In this document: one piece after another, positions 55,701-64,000 of the stretch
How positions within the stretch are numbered: the first letter of the stretch is position 1
Layout of the letters: the number at the start of each line of letters is the position of its first letter
From: a virus
IMG/VR virus record: IMGVR_UViG_3300009514_000888
Location: 1 to 64,000 of that record
Strand: one strand, 5' to 3'
Length of the DNA stretch: 64,000 bases
The notes under the pieces: model-generated
Databases searched by the model: none
What the model saw: only the letters and a program-made list of their open reading frames with translations
What the model was told of the DNA's origin: nothing
Position numbers and translations under genes: made by a program

Positions 55701-56330
55701 AGATATAAGTACAAAAGGCAGGCTAAGGGATTAAGAAAATCATCTAAAAAGAAGTCTCGTAGTCAATACATGTGGGATAAGGTTGTATCCATAGAGGCGG
55801 TTAGTACAGACATTGTTCATCTAGAAGTTGATGGAGACCATACATATGTCTCTAATGGGATAGTGTCCCATAATAGTCAACAGAGCATTCTGAGGCTGAG
55901 AAAGCACGGCATTCCAGCGAGAATGACCCGGTATAATCGACAATACAAGATGGAAATCTATTCTGAGCTAGAATCCTTGGTGAATTCAGGCCGTATCAAG
56001 ATACCTTATTATAGTCTTTTGCATGATGAAATGGTTGGTTTGCAAAGAAAGTATACCGATAATGGGTTTAAGGTGTATGCCCAGCAAGAGGGAGATGGCT
56101 GTCATACGGATGATGTAGTTGATGCCCTTGCTGGTGCCGCATTTATGGCAATGTCAGTCGATAACAAGAGGCTACCCAAGGGCAAGCTGGCGCATTCCGG
56201 AAATCCGTCAAGCGCAGCGAACAATATCGTTTGGCGCAACATGCAGGGCGGAGTTTACGGCGTAGGCAGCGGGCAATCCGTGGCCAACCAGTTGGAAAGA
56301 AGGAATTCCTGGCCACGATATAAAAGGTAA
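52770..56330 (+). CDS. terL: terminase large subunit with two inteins
   Basis: Spliced Walker A WGRR|SGK, Walker B LILDEVA, ISSPRG, nuclease AHLDPA, DD.VDA.AGA. Confidence 0.88.
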   Translation: MAKRKSSRAGEFLSSLRESLKGDGESNIPDIISFVEDERYLGLPHGHNPINLFPAQKLTLKAFYRGSVGNENLEITDEDYALCRKMGLTDHDDRGNLLEKIQSNSIFRELVLVWGRRCVSEDMEIIDPDTGTVWTFGELWDHGRRRIDSWTYDENSRKMRIIKDADILFQGKREVFELETKSGHKIEATLNHPFLTKHGWKKLEDLEINKDAVALCTEQPFFGKSDAISEDEAALQSIGFAGDKQREFPDRPYAPTKRRAINQSCLKFSKINSIKPIGRKRTFDLSVSDKKSLQNFTTQGFVISNSGKDFSGSIIAAYEAMKLLEVPGGDPYAYYNIGSAVPISILTVATSKPQARIAFQEIREKVIYSQYFQDKYLPEGIETEAIHLLTPKDKKDNQEFAAKGLPLKKGSVCIEVGHSNSDSLLGKGCIVLILDEVASYKNTGGSSSGDRIYTALQPTLNTYYRRIPIEDEFGNIKMDEDGKACYNIEYHGKIISISSPRGKEGKFYDLWQGAAGAPERLACRLPTWEVNNQHSYDSLRAANSEMSEEVFMMEFGAEFSGTAGEAFFERDQVERCFRGHVFIENRLIGEPGKVYFAHLDPATNSHNYALVVLHKEMFINRVDKKSDFYVVVDHIKTWHPGQDKPIDIDAVDEYMIQLKRRFHLGVVTYDHWNCTSPESWIFSSKGLVQVKDLKLGDHVQGQGGQLNKVMSLGYKRDVKGYRVRTKFGYELQANDVHPVLDKENGFVQLKDLSVGSTVCLKDFEGIFGEEDAVNEAAMSGYLISEGHFASKRNSVEFTTTSDDNLHDYCKLAISVVGDEPRIYVKKFKNHWKDSYNARYMQSDHVEKIMGLCDCGLSHDKKIPQFVMKGNKRTVAAFLSALYEGDGTVIKDINCLSVQYDTVSEELSKQVQMLLLAFGIKSSRKYFENKYFKDKKCPYYRVSLYGYNIFAFHNNIGFRSKEKRDRLDNVVDLQGSDKRYKYKRQAKGLRKSSKKKSRSQYMWDKVVSIEAVSTDIVHLEVDGDHTYVSNGIVSHNSQQSILRLRKHGIPARMTRYNRQYKMEIYSELESLVNSGRIKIPYYSLLHDEMVGLQRKYTDNGFKVYAQQEGDGCHTDDVVDALAGAAFMAMSVDNKRLPKGKLAHSGNPSSAANNIVWRNMQGGVYGVGSGQSVANQLERRNSWPRYKR
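53121..53684 (+). mobile_element. mini-intein (188 aa) in the TerL Walker A motif
   Basis: GRR|CVSEDM...ATLNHPFL...TFDLSV...FVISN|SGK. Confidence 0.9.
54789..55874 (+). mobile_element. intein (362 aa) with LAGLIDADG endonuclease in the TerL nuclease domain
   Basis: DHWN|CTSPESW...GYLISEG...FLSALYEGDG...IVSHN|SQQ. Confidence 0.92.
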
Positions 56331-56337
56331 TGTATAC

Positions 56338-56345
56338 TATAAATA
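56338..56345 (+). promoter_or_regulatory. possible T4-like late promoter TATAAATA
   Basis: Exact octamer in the short gap before the GAGG RBS and ATG 56358. Confidence 0.4.
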
Positions 56346-56357
56346 AGAGGAATAGCA

Positions 56358-57383
56358 ATGTTTAATATCCGCAAGTTGGCGCAGAAAGTCAGTCCATTCA
56401 AGAAGTCTCCCAGGGCGAAGCCTTATGAGAAGCATTTGCATGACAACAACGAAGGTCATGGGCTGAAGTCCGACCCACACAATGGCGTGACCGATTGGCA
56501 GCTCCAGCAACAGGGTCATAAGAATAAGGACAACCTTGTTCCATTTGAAGAGCAGTTGGGAGCGGCTCGCGCCGATGTTAACGCTCATGTTTTGGAAAAA
56601 GCGCTGGACGAAAATCCTCAGCTTTATGCCACTCGGAGGTTGCCGAAGGTTTGGGATACAAAGATTAAGTCCATTGATATGCTGGCAGAAGCCTATGACC
56701 AGGCTCGCAATGCTGCGTATTCCAGGGTTAATAAGGGAGAATTTGATGCTCCTTTGCAGAATGAGAACCCAGGTTCTCAGATGCTCGGTCCCAAGACAAA
56801 GATCAAGGGGAATGTCCAGCCAAGTCAGCTGGAAAATCATCCTGACCGATTCCAGGGATTAGAAAACAAATACCCCATTCATACAGATGTGAGCAAGAAC
56901 AGAAAGACGCTCGATAAGTCTGATAATATCAAAGACCTCGCGGTTGCGGGCGCTCTGCATCACCTCAAGAGCGCAGATGCCATGTTGTTCCATATTTTCG
57001 CAACAGCTGCCGAAGAAGGCAGGGAGATAACCGCTCATGAGCATCAGATGGTGAAAGATATTAATAGCAGCAAAGCAAGGCTCCTGTCCTTCGCCCAATG
57101 GTTTGATGACTCTAGCCTGTCATTGAATGACTACCAAGTCAAGGCTTTTTTGGTGCAAAATGCCAGCAGCGATCCTTTGGTTGGTGCAATATATCAGAAG
57201 GTTGGACAGAACCCCAATGCCTTGAGCCTGATTACGGCTATGTTCCAGAGTTTCATGAATGATCCGGGTTTGATTAGCAGGTTTCGAAACTGGCTGACTC
57301 AACAGTCAAATGCGCAGGCTCAGCCTCAGCAGCAGACTGATCCCGCCGCAGCCCCGGCGGCTATGCATCAGCAAGTGGCGTGA
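56358..57383 (+). CDS. hypothetical protein (putative virion)
   Basis: Follows terL; RKLAQ / SFAQ motifs. Confidence 0.7.
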   Translation: MFNIRKLAQKVSPFKKSPRAKPYEKHLHDNNEGHGLKSDPHNGVTDWQLQQQGHKNKDNLVPFEEQLGAARADVNAHVLEKALDENPQLYATRRLPKVWDTKIKSIDMLAEAYDQARNAAYSRVNKGEFDAPLQNENPGSQMLGPKTKIKGNVQPSQLENHPDRFQGLENKYPIHTDVSKNRKTLDKSDNIKDLAVAGALHHLKSADAMLFHIFATAAEEGREITAHEHQMVKDINSSKARLLSFAQWFDDSSLSLNDYQVKAFLVQNASSDPLVGAIYQKVGQNPNALSLITAMFQSFMNDPGLISRFRNWLTQQSNAQAQPQQQTDPAAAPAAMHQQVA

Positions 57384-57386
57384 GCA

Positions 57387-58034
57387 ATGCACAATTTCAA
57401 TATGCGCAAACAGAAACAGATGCCTATCTTTGCCTGTAAGCGATGCGGCGCTCAGACAATCCATAAAGTGGCTACTAACGGATGCCCCTTATGCGGTTTC
57501 CACCTATTTAGGGTAGCCGACAAAGGGTATCCTCGCATGTTGAGATGGGACTTCCCCCATAACCCTGATGGCTCTTATAACCCATACAAGAGCAAGCACA
57601 GCCCTGGCGATGGGGAGGGAGAAGATAAGACCAGGGCTGGCAGCGAAGGCTTCGTTAACGAGCCTGGATCAGGGAACTTCTCAAGTATTTTCGGCAATCC
57701 TGACAGGGACGGAATTAAAAACGATTCTCTACATGGCGTCAATCCTGATCCGAGCGGCAGGGACAGGGTTCCTGGGTCGCATGATGACTATATATCCAAC
57801 CCTCTTATGCCAACGGATTTGAAGCCCTGGGACGTTAGTGAAATATTTATGCCGCCTGGAAGCCCTTTGGGGCTGGACTCTAGAGTGACTAGGGAGATGG
57901 ATGGGCGAGATAAGCTAGATAGCGGAGGGATGGATCAGCAGTTGGGATTGTCAAGAATGTTGCATCATAGAGACGATAAAAGACGTAGTGTGTTCAAACA
58001 GATCGCACCACGCTTACGAGGAGCCAACCGATGA
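57387..58034 (+). CDS. hypothetical protein with N-terminal Zn ribbon
   Basis: CKRCG...CPLCG. Confidence 0.65.
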   Translation: MHNFNMRKQKQMPIFACKRCGAQTIHKVATNGCPLCGFHLFRVADKGYPRMLRWDFPHNPDGSYNPYKSKHSPGDGEGEDKTRAGSEGFVNEPGSGNFSSIFGNPDRDGIKNDSLHGVNPDPSGRDRVPGSHDDYISNPLMPTDLKPWDVSEIFMPPGSPLGLDSRVTREMDGRDKLDSGGMDQQLGLSRMLHHRDDKRRSVFKQIAPRLRGANR

Positions 58035-59020
58035 TCGTAGTCAGGGTAAAGCAGAGTCTCAGGGGAGAGCTTGTCCTCCCGACAGTTGGTTATGCTGTCA
58101 AAGCTAATTGCAAGCTCAGCCTAAGCAGGAATCAATTCTATGCGAATGACATCCAAGCCGCCCTTAGAAGTGGCATGATTGAGATGGAGGATGATAGTGC
58201 CAAGGAGCAATGGTCTCCTATCCGCCATTTCAAGGTCAAGAATGTGAGCGGGAAAGCGCTAACTGTAGCCGAGAGTTTGGCTTTCCTTGTGGGAGAGGCT
58301 AAGTTCCTGAATGAGACATCCTATCTTGATGCAGGCGTGCAATCCGCCCTGCGAGCAGGTTGGCTTGAGTCGGAAGAGTTGGCAGATGTCGAAGTGCGCA
58401 AAGACACTTACCGCTCTAGAGAGCGGAAGAGAGAGAACCAGCGCAAGTATGAAGAAGAACAGACAAGCGCTACAGAGGCTTCTCCCGATCCTAAGCATAG
58501 ACCGAAAAAGAAAGCCAAGCCCAAGAAGGCAGCGCGCAAGCCAAGGTCGAAGCCCAAGCCTGGACCAAAAACCCAGCAAAACGAGGGCGGATATCGCCCC
58601 GAGGAGCCGCTGACCACCATGCAGTCATGGAATGCGTCAGAGCAGAAGGCAGTGCCCAGAGACGAGAGCAATCAGATGGTAGCGCCTCGCATTGAAGGTC
58701 ATGAGCCGGAGTACAGAGAAGAGGCGGAAGTTCAAGTTGGTGAAATCGACTTCTCTGACATCAAGCCCAAATCTGCCTCCAAGAAGGGCAAGGTTGCCAA
58801 GGGCAAGGCCGCCAAGAAGGGTAAGGGGCGCAAGGGTTTGCGGGCAGTGGGTCGCAGGAGAGCGGAGAGTAGGCCCGGGGGCGAACTATCGTTACTGGAC
58901 GTGCCTTTACCCAATGAGTCTAGCGCGGTAGATGGATTCGTTGATACTGAGCAATTATCTACGCAAATGTCTCGACATCCAGATAACAGAATCTCAGAAA
59001 ACAACAGTGAAGTTGAATGA
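58031..59020 (+). CDS. hypothetical protein with basic low-complexity C-terminal half
   Basis: 329-aa ORF. Confidence 0.7.
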   Translation: MIVVRVKQSLRGELVLPTVGYAVKANCKLSLSRNQFYANDIQAALRSGMIEMEDDSAKEQWSPIRHFKVKNVSGKALTVAESLAFLVGEAKFLNETSYLDAGVQSALRAGWLESEELADVEVRKDTYRSRERKRENQRKYEEEQTSATEASPDPKHRPKKKAKPKKAARKPRSKPKPGPKTQQNEGGYRPEEPLTTMQSWNASEQKAVPRDESNQMVAPRIEGHEPEYREEAEVQVGEIDFSDIKPKSASKKGKVAKGKAAKKGKGRKGLRAVGRRRAESRPGGELSLLDVPLPNESSAVDGFVDTEQLSTQMSRHPDNRISENNSEVE

Positions 59021-59150
59021 AGATCATCAAAACACAAAAATTGATAGAGAAAGAGAAGAAGCGACTGAAACGATATTGGAAGAAAGTATATCCGAAAGAC
59101 TATGCGGATGAACTGGTAGAAAATCTTCCACATTCTTCTCTCAAACCAAC

Positions 59151-59927
59151 ATGAACGATACCTGGGACATTTTGCAGAAAGAGCTGGCATACTTTAATGT
59201 AACCATCCTTGATAACGGAGATTGTGAATGTGTCGAGGATGGAGAAAGGAAGTCCATGTCGATTGAGCAACGGATTGCTCAGTATCAAGAAGATATTAAT
59301 GAAAACGTATTGATTTTGAATAGTCTTTGGAGAGAAGCTACTCACCTACTTTTTTCTACAAGCGCATCTAATTTGGCTGCCGATGAGAAGGGTATTGATC
59401 TGTTTATCTTTTCTCTCAAGGACATGGCTAAGTTCCTGGAAATATTTGAGGAACTAGATCATTCATCGCTCAAGCAATGCATTGAAAAAGCCCTGTTACA
59501 AGACATCGTATCTTATAGTCATGAGCAAGTGCATGAATTGCCCAGTTATAAGATGGCAATTGATTGGGTGAATAGACTTATCTCTCATGCGAAATACATG
59601 ATTCATTTGTTGAAGTTTTCTCTTTGCGGAGAAAATCATGCCGTAAGCATTAAGATTGCTACTGGTATTTCCGGTCCCTGGGCAAACCTGGACCTGCCCA
59701 TGTTGGAGAGGGTTTTTCCTTGGGGAGATATTGATGAAGAGGCGAGGGGCAGGGATCGAGATATCCGTCGTCAGAGGAGATACAGAAAAGGTTTTGAAGC
59801 TTATAACAACGGAGGGGCTGTGGGGGAGGGGCACTATTGGCGGGAAATCAAGAATGAGCCATATAGCTGGTATGATCGCAGCACAGAAGAACCTTACTAC
59901 AAAAGATACCTACTTACAAGAGATTAA
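59151..59927 (+). CDS. hypothetical protein
   Basis: 258-aa ORF. Confidence 0.7.
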   Translation: MNDTWDILQKELAYFNVTILDNGDCECVEDGERKSMSIEQRIAQYQEDINENVLILNSLWREATHLLFSTSASNLAADEKGIDLFIFSLKDMAKFLEIFEELDHSSLKQCIEKALLQDIVSYSHEQVHELPSYKMAIDWVNRLISHAKYMIHLLKFSLCGENHAVSIKIATGISGPWANLDLPMLERVFPWGDIDEEARGRDRDIRRQRRYRKGFEAYNNGGAVGEGHYWREIKNEPYSWYDRSTEEPYYKRYLLTRD

Positions 59928-59943
59928 CAGGACAGGGATCAAT

Positions 59944-60381
59944 ATGCGTAAGGTTAGCCAATCTTTCATAGATCGACTCATCGGCTTAATGCCCAGCTTG
60001 TTGCCTTTAGTGACTCATACGAAGCCAGGTATTGACGAAAAGGCGGCAATGAATCTATTTCATATTTGGAAGAATGATCAGAACAAGGTAGGGGAGAACG
60101 TTTATAAGCGTCCCACATCTTTTTCTGCGGAAGATGTTAATATCATGAAGCGAGAGGGGCTGGTTCGCACAGTGGGCGACAAGATTGAGATTACATCCAA
60201 AGGATCAGGCATTATTAACGTTATGATTCTGGGAGACGATTCCTCATCTTTCGACGATGATGGATCAATTGTCGGCTATATGGATGCCTTGGCCAAGAGC
60301 AATAGTCCCACGGTTCGCACGGCCAAGAGCATGTCCAAGTCTGCATCAGACAATTGGTGGGGCAGGTTCGAGAAGAAATAA
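59944..60381 (+). CDS. hypothetical protein
   Basis: ATG 59944 within the longer ORF-track call. Confidence 0.65.
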   Translation: MRKVSQSFIDRLIGLMPSLLPLVTHTKPGIDEKAAMNLFHIWKNDQNKVGENVYKRPTSFSAEDVNIMKREGLVRTVGDKIEITSKGSGIINVMILGDDSSSFDDDGSIVGYMDALAKSNSPTVRTAKSMSKSASDNWWGRFEKK

Positions 60382-60710
60382 TGCCTATCATTCGCGTTGA
60401 GACGCAGAAAACATCTATGGAGGATGTCAAACTTGAATATGATCTGTTTTGGTATGATCATGTTACCAAGCAGATGCTTAAATTTAATGGCGGCCGTCTC
60501 AATATGAGATACCGACTCGAAGAAGAAGGTGAAGTTGCGGATCAAGAGGCTGGACCGCAGACTCGATGGCTGCCGGTCGTAGAAGATATTTTTCATAGAC
60601 GGTCAGTGACGAAAGACACAGAACGTATCTTTGAGATACCTGATGACGAGGCTCAAGAATTCATCGATGAATTGAAAGAGAATGACTATGAGTATGAGAT
60701 TATTGGGTAA
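60381..60710 (+). CDS. hypothetical acidic protein
   Basis: TAATG overlaps at both ends. Confidence 0.6.
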   Translation: MPIIRVETQKTSMEDVKLEYDLFWYDHVTKQMLKFNGGRLNMRYRLEEEGEVADQEAGPQTRWLPVVEDIFHRRSVTKDTERIFEIPDDEAQEFIDELKENDYEYEIIG

Positions 60711-61657
60711 TGCTTAGTGTAGAAATAGCTGATACTCCTTACAGTCAAGCCCAGGGCTTGATGTTCAGAAGCCATCTTCATCCCGATTCCGGGATGATTT
60801 TTGTATTCCGGAAACCTCAAAAACTGAGCTTCTGGGGCGTCAATACCCTTGTGCCTCTCGATATTGCCTTTGTTAAAGACGATGGCAAGATTTCCAAGAT
60901 TTCCACTATTCATCCACTGTCTGATCGTTCAGTGGTCAGCAATGAGGACTGTACTATAGCTATAGAAGCCAACCTGGGATACTTTGGAGAGCGTAGAATC
61001 AACATCGGGGATCACATTAATCTTGAGAGACTATCGAAGGAAACGGGAATAGTTCGATTCACGAAAAGGAAGGATTTGGCGGAAAATGTATCGAAGCAAA
61101 AAGTATCGCAAGTTGTTGAGAATGGAAATTTCGTGGGACTTCAAAGAGCGGTTCCGCACCCGAATGACGAATCCAGCCAACGTATTCATGAACTTGGCAG
61201 AGTTGTGGATGAACAGGGTAGTTTGCCAGTCTACGACCTCGAAGAGCTAATTGAGGCTCTCGAAGATAAGTTTGATGATACCACGCAAGAGGTAGAGACC
61301 AGAGAAGAAGATGCTTTGGTGGAAGCGCCAGAAGTTGCGCCAACCGAAGAAGAATATCCTGAATTTGCAAATCCAGAACAGGCGTTGAGTTGGGCGCAGC
61401 AGAACCAGGAGGTTGTCAGAATATTCTATCGCACGAAAGGCGGTAGAGACATTCAAAGGAGAGTTCACCCTCACTTACAGTTTACAGCCAAGACGACTGG
61501 CAACGACATTGTGGTTACTTATGACGAAACAGTAAAGGATATTAGAGCTTTTGTCGTAAGTAACATTATGTATTATGACTTTGCCGGTCAGCAATTTAGG
61601 CCAAGTTTCTTAGTAAGAGGACAAACAGATAATGGACAAGGCACTCTTAATCCTTGA
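60710..61657 (+). CDS. DUF192-domain protein with C-terminal WYL-like domain
   Basis: VEIADT...QGLMFR..L....GMIFVF...FW..NT.VPLDIAF; C-terminal VRIFYR......RRVHP....YDE....IRAF. Confidence 0.7.
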   Translation: MLSVEIADTPYSQAQGLMFRSHLHPDSGMIFVFRKPQKLSFWGVNTLVPLDIAFVKDDGKISKISTIHPLSDRSVVSNEDCTIAIEANLGYFGERRINIGDHINLERLSKETGIVRFTKRKDLAENVSKQKVSQVVENGNFVGLQRAVPHPNDESSQRIHELGRVVDEQGSLPVYDLEELIEALEDKFDDTTQEVETREEDALVEAPEVAPTEEEYPEFANPEQALSWAQQNQEVVRIFYRTKGGRDIQRRVHPHLQFTAKTTGNDIVVTYDETVKDIRAFVVSNIMYYDFAGQQFRPSFLVRGQTDNGQGTLNP

Positions 61658-63302
61658 GAAAGTAGGCGATGAACTAGATCATCGCAAGATGACTGACCTG
61701 GCGAATGAAGTGACTGCTGCTATGCGTCACGGACTCATGATTAAGCAGGCCCAGTATAACGGCATTCAGGGGTATTGGATTCGTAATCGTCGTTGCTGGG
61801 ACAACTGTTACCGACAAAAGCGGGCGTCCAATAAGTCTAAATCAGCCCAAGAAGTTTGGTTTGAATGCCATAGCGAATATCTGAAGTCTATTAATAATGA
61901 TCGCACGGAATGGGATAAGTACGCCGACAGTATCTCTAAGAAAATCAAGGTTGCTTCTGCCGAACAGGAACAGTCCTTCTTCTTGACGCGAGTTGCAGAT
62001 CGACTGCATAAAGGCGCATCCCCAGAATCATCTATCAGGAATACGCTTCGCGAGGGCGAAGATCGCTATGACCAAAATATCTATATGGTTGCATCCTCTT
62101 TGAGCAAAATAGCTGAACGGCTCAATGAAAGAGGCGAGGAAGAGTTGGCAAAATGTATTGTTGCTGCGACGGATGAGATCATCAAAGAGTCCTGGATAGG
62201 ACTCGATATGATTGAGCGTAGAAACAAAAATAAAAAGCCAGGAGATGAAGTTAAGCTGGGCGATGAAGCCAAGCCAGAAGATGAAGCCAAACCCATGTGG
62301 GGCGCTAAGAAGAACTGGTTTGGCGGCAAGAAGGCTCAGCCCGTTGATCCGGCCATGTCAGATCGTGGCCCTCTAGATGATAATATGATGGGTGCATCCG
62401 AGAATAAATTTAGGTATGTCTTGGGAGACCCCGAGTATAGAGAGCAAGCTATCAATCTTATTTTTTCAGAGCCTTGGCTCTTGAATCAGCTCGCAAAGGC
62501 GGTTAATGCTCGCGGCAAGGTTCGGATTGCTCCAGGCCGCAGCGCTAAGCAGCATAAGGGTATTAAGACAGCCCGGCTCATGCAACCAGTTACAGATTTG
62601 AACGAGGTTGCGGACCTGATTACTCAGAATCCAAGCCAGTTCATGAATTCTTTGCTGGATAGCGGCTTCGATCCAGCTGCCGAAGGTCATCGCTTTACCG
62701 CCGAAGGTTATAACGTTACAGATGTTGCGACAGGTAAGCCCTTGGGGATGCAGTCCGCCGACCCTGGCTCGGTTTCTGATCCGTGGGAGGCTGCGCGGGG
62801 CGAAGTTGGGCAGGGCGGATTCAATCAGCAAAACCTGGGATTCAACCCGCAGGTTGGCCAGCAAGATTTTCAAGGCGCAGATATGTCCTCTCTACATGAT
62901 ACTGGCGTCATCGGAGAGGGAACTGAGGCTGCGGAGCAGCAAGCCGCTGAGCAAGCGGAGCAGCAGACAGGGGTTTCTCTTGAACAGGTTAAGTCCTTTA
63001 TGGAGAATCTGAGAGATTCGGAGTTCACCAGGGGACGATGGAGCGATGCGACTAGAACAAAGTATTTGAACGGGACTATCGCATTGCTCGATGACTTGGC
63101 TCAACAACAGTCCGTCCCTAGCCAAATAGAGGCGCTGGGCAACCCAAGACCTGCTGGCGTTACGCCCAGAGGCGTAGGCGGCAAGGAGCAGGGGCGTGGG
63201 GGAGGAAGGGCGGCTTCTGTCGATACATCATTTGTGGGTGTAAAAATAGCTAATCTAATTAAAGATTGGGAAAAGAAGGGTTTTTCAAGCAGACCCTTCT
63301 AA
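61632..63302 (+). CDS. hypothetical protein (putative virion)
   Basis: 556-aa ORF with repeated KxA motifs. Confidence 0.7.
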   Translation: MDKALLILEKVGDELDHRKMTDLANEVTAAMRHGLMIKQAQYNGIQGYWIRNRRCWDNCYRQKRASNKSKSAQEVWFECHSEYLKSINNDRTEWDKYADSISKKIKVASAEQEQSFFLTRVADRLHKGASPESSIRNTLREGEDRYDQNIYMVASSLSKIAERLNERGEEELAKCIVAATDEIIKESWIGLDMIERRNKNKKPGDEVKLGDEAKPEDEAKPMWGAKKNWFGGKKAQPVDPAMSDRGPLDDNMMGASENKFRYVLGDPEYREQAINLIFSEPWLLNQLAKAVNARGKVRIAPGRSAKQHKGIKTARLMQPVTDLNEVADLITQNPSQFMNSLLDSGFDPAAEGHRFTAEGYNVTDVATGKPLGMQSADPGSVSDPWEAARGEVGQGGFNQQNLGFNPQVGQQDFQGADMSSLHDTGVIGEGTEAAEQQAAEQAEQQTGVSLEQVKSFMENLRDSEFTRGRWSDATRTKYLNGTIALLDDLAQQQSVPSQIEALGNPRPAGVTPRGVGGKEQGRGGGRAASVDTSFVGVKIANLIKDWEKKGFSSRPF

Positions 63303-63345
63303 TTAACAAAGAATAACTGTCCAAACTGTTTGGGAGAAAGAACCT

Positions 63346-64000
63346 ATGCAGTTCATAACGAACAAGATCAGTACTGGAAAGGCGAAGACCTTTGAGGAAT
63401 TAGTCTCTGCGTACGTAGAGAAGAAGAACCAGGCGAAGACGGCTGATGCGTCTCAGGCAATCAAGACTGCTCAGGTCGAAGTTGTAGAAGCTTCCGGCCG
63501 CGGCGATGCTTCTGCTGGGGAGAAAGACGAAGCCGAATCTTCGGGTCAGCTGGATGTCGAACCTCTCCACCAGGAAGGCGAATCGACTCCAAGTCCCCAC
63601 AAGGATAAGACCGAATGTTCTGCTGACTCCGAAGTCAAGCAAGCAGATGTTAAGATGAGTGATCCTTGTGAAGACGAATGCGATTCCTCTGGCCATCCCG
63701 AATGGGAAGGCAAGGATGAGCATAACAACGATCCTGAGGCTGGACGACACCGCGAAGGCGATGGCGACCAGAAGGAAGCCGCTGGCGAAGCCGAGGTTAA
63801 GAAGGCTAATCTTGACAATCTTGGTGACAAGAAGGCTAAGCCGTTTGGCAAGGAAGAAAAGGAAGAGGAAGAAGAAGAAGTTAAGGCTTCTGCTGATTCC
63901 GAAACCAAGGAAGCTGCTTCCAAAAAGACGGCTGGCTGTGACTGCGGACCCGATTGCGACTGCCCAGGCAAGGCCGGCGGTGACTGCGAATGTAAGTCTT
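63346..64000 (+). CDS. acidic low-complexity protein, partial (scaffold/head-associated candidate)
   Basis: ATG 63346 after GGGAGA; open to the window end: MQFITNKISTG...AKTADA..IKTAQV...VKQADV...VKKAN...VKASA...KKTAG. Confidence 0.65.
   Translation, partial: MQFITNKISTGKAKTFEELVSAYVEKKNQAKTADASQAIKTAQVEVVEASGRGDASAGEKDEAESSGQLDVEPLHQEGESTPSPHKDKTECSADSEVKQADVKMSDPCEDECDSSGHPEWEGKDEHNNDPEAGRHREGDGDQKEAAGEAEVKKANLDNLGDKKAKPFGKEEKEEEEEEVKASADSETKEAASKKTAGCDCGPDCDCPGKAGGDCECKS

Noticed and set aside
1-64000. Genome-wide TAG or TGA reassignment
   Set aside because: Long conserved genes are uninterrupted in code 11, and many genes end at TAG or TGA right before the next start. Only the Pth2-like and RF genes were seen to be interrupted, though small genes were not checked exhaustively.

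Overview
This window reads as a segment of a large dsDNA tailed-phage (jumbo/huge phage) genome. It is densely coded almost entirely on the + strand in the standard genetic code. It carries a two-intein terminase large subunit, an intein-containing NrdA plus NrdB, a MoxR/vWA pair, a FliA-like sigma factor, DNA methylases, a Psp-type membrane module with a GluR0-like K+ channel, and tRNAs. The host is tentatively a planctomycete (inference). The most striking content is a set of translation/RNA devices that the ORF track misses. (1) A Ro60/TROVE-like vWA gene and an ARPP-1-like gene are followed by a promoter-driven array of four Y-RNA-like ncRNAs. These share a conserved clamp but carry different payloads: two small inserts, a permuted tRNA-like domain, and a whole tRNA-like domain with a 6-nt CCUAAA loop. 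An orphan omega-RNA-like fold and an amber (CUA) suppressor tRNA follow the array. (2) A Pth2-like gene has a strong RBS but two in-frame TAG codons. (3) An RF1-type (PxT, GGQ) release factor is split by a canonical RF2-type AGGAG-N3-CTT-TGA-C +1 frameshift site. (4) A 36-codon Ser/Cys/Tyr-rich leader peptide ends exactly where a Cys/Ser/Tyr tRNA cluster begins. Protein family calls come from motif recognition by eye, not from database searches.
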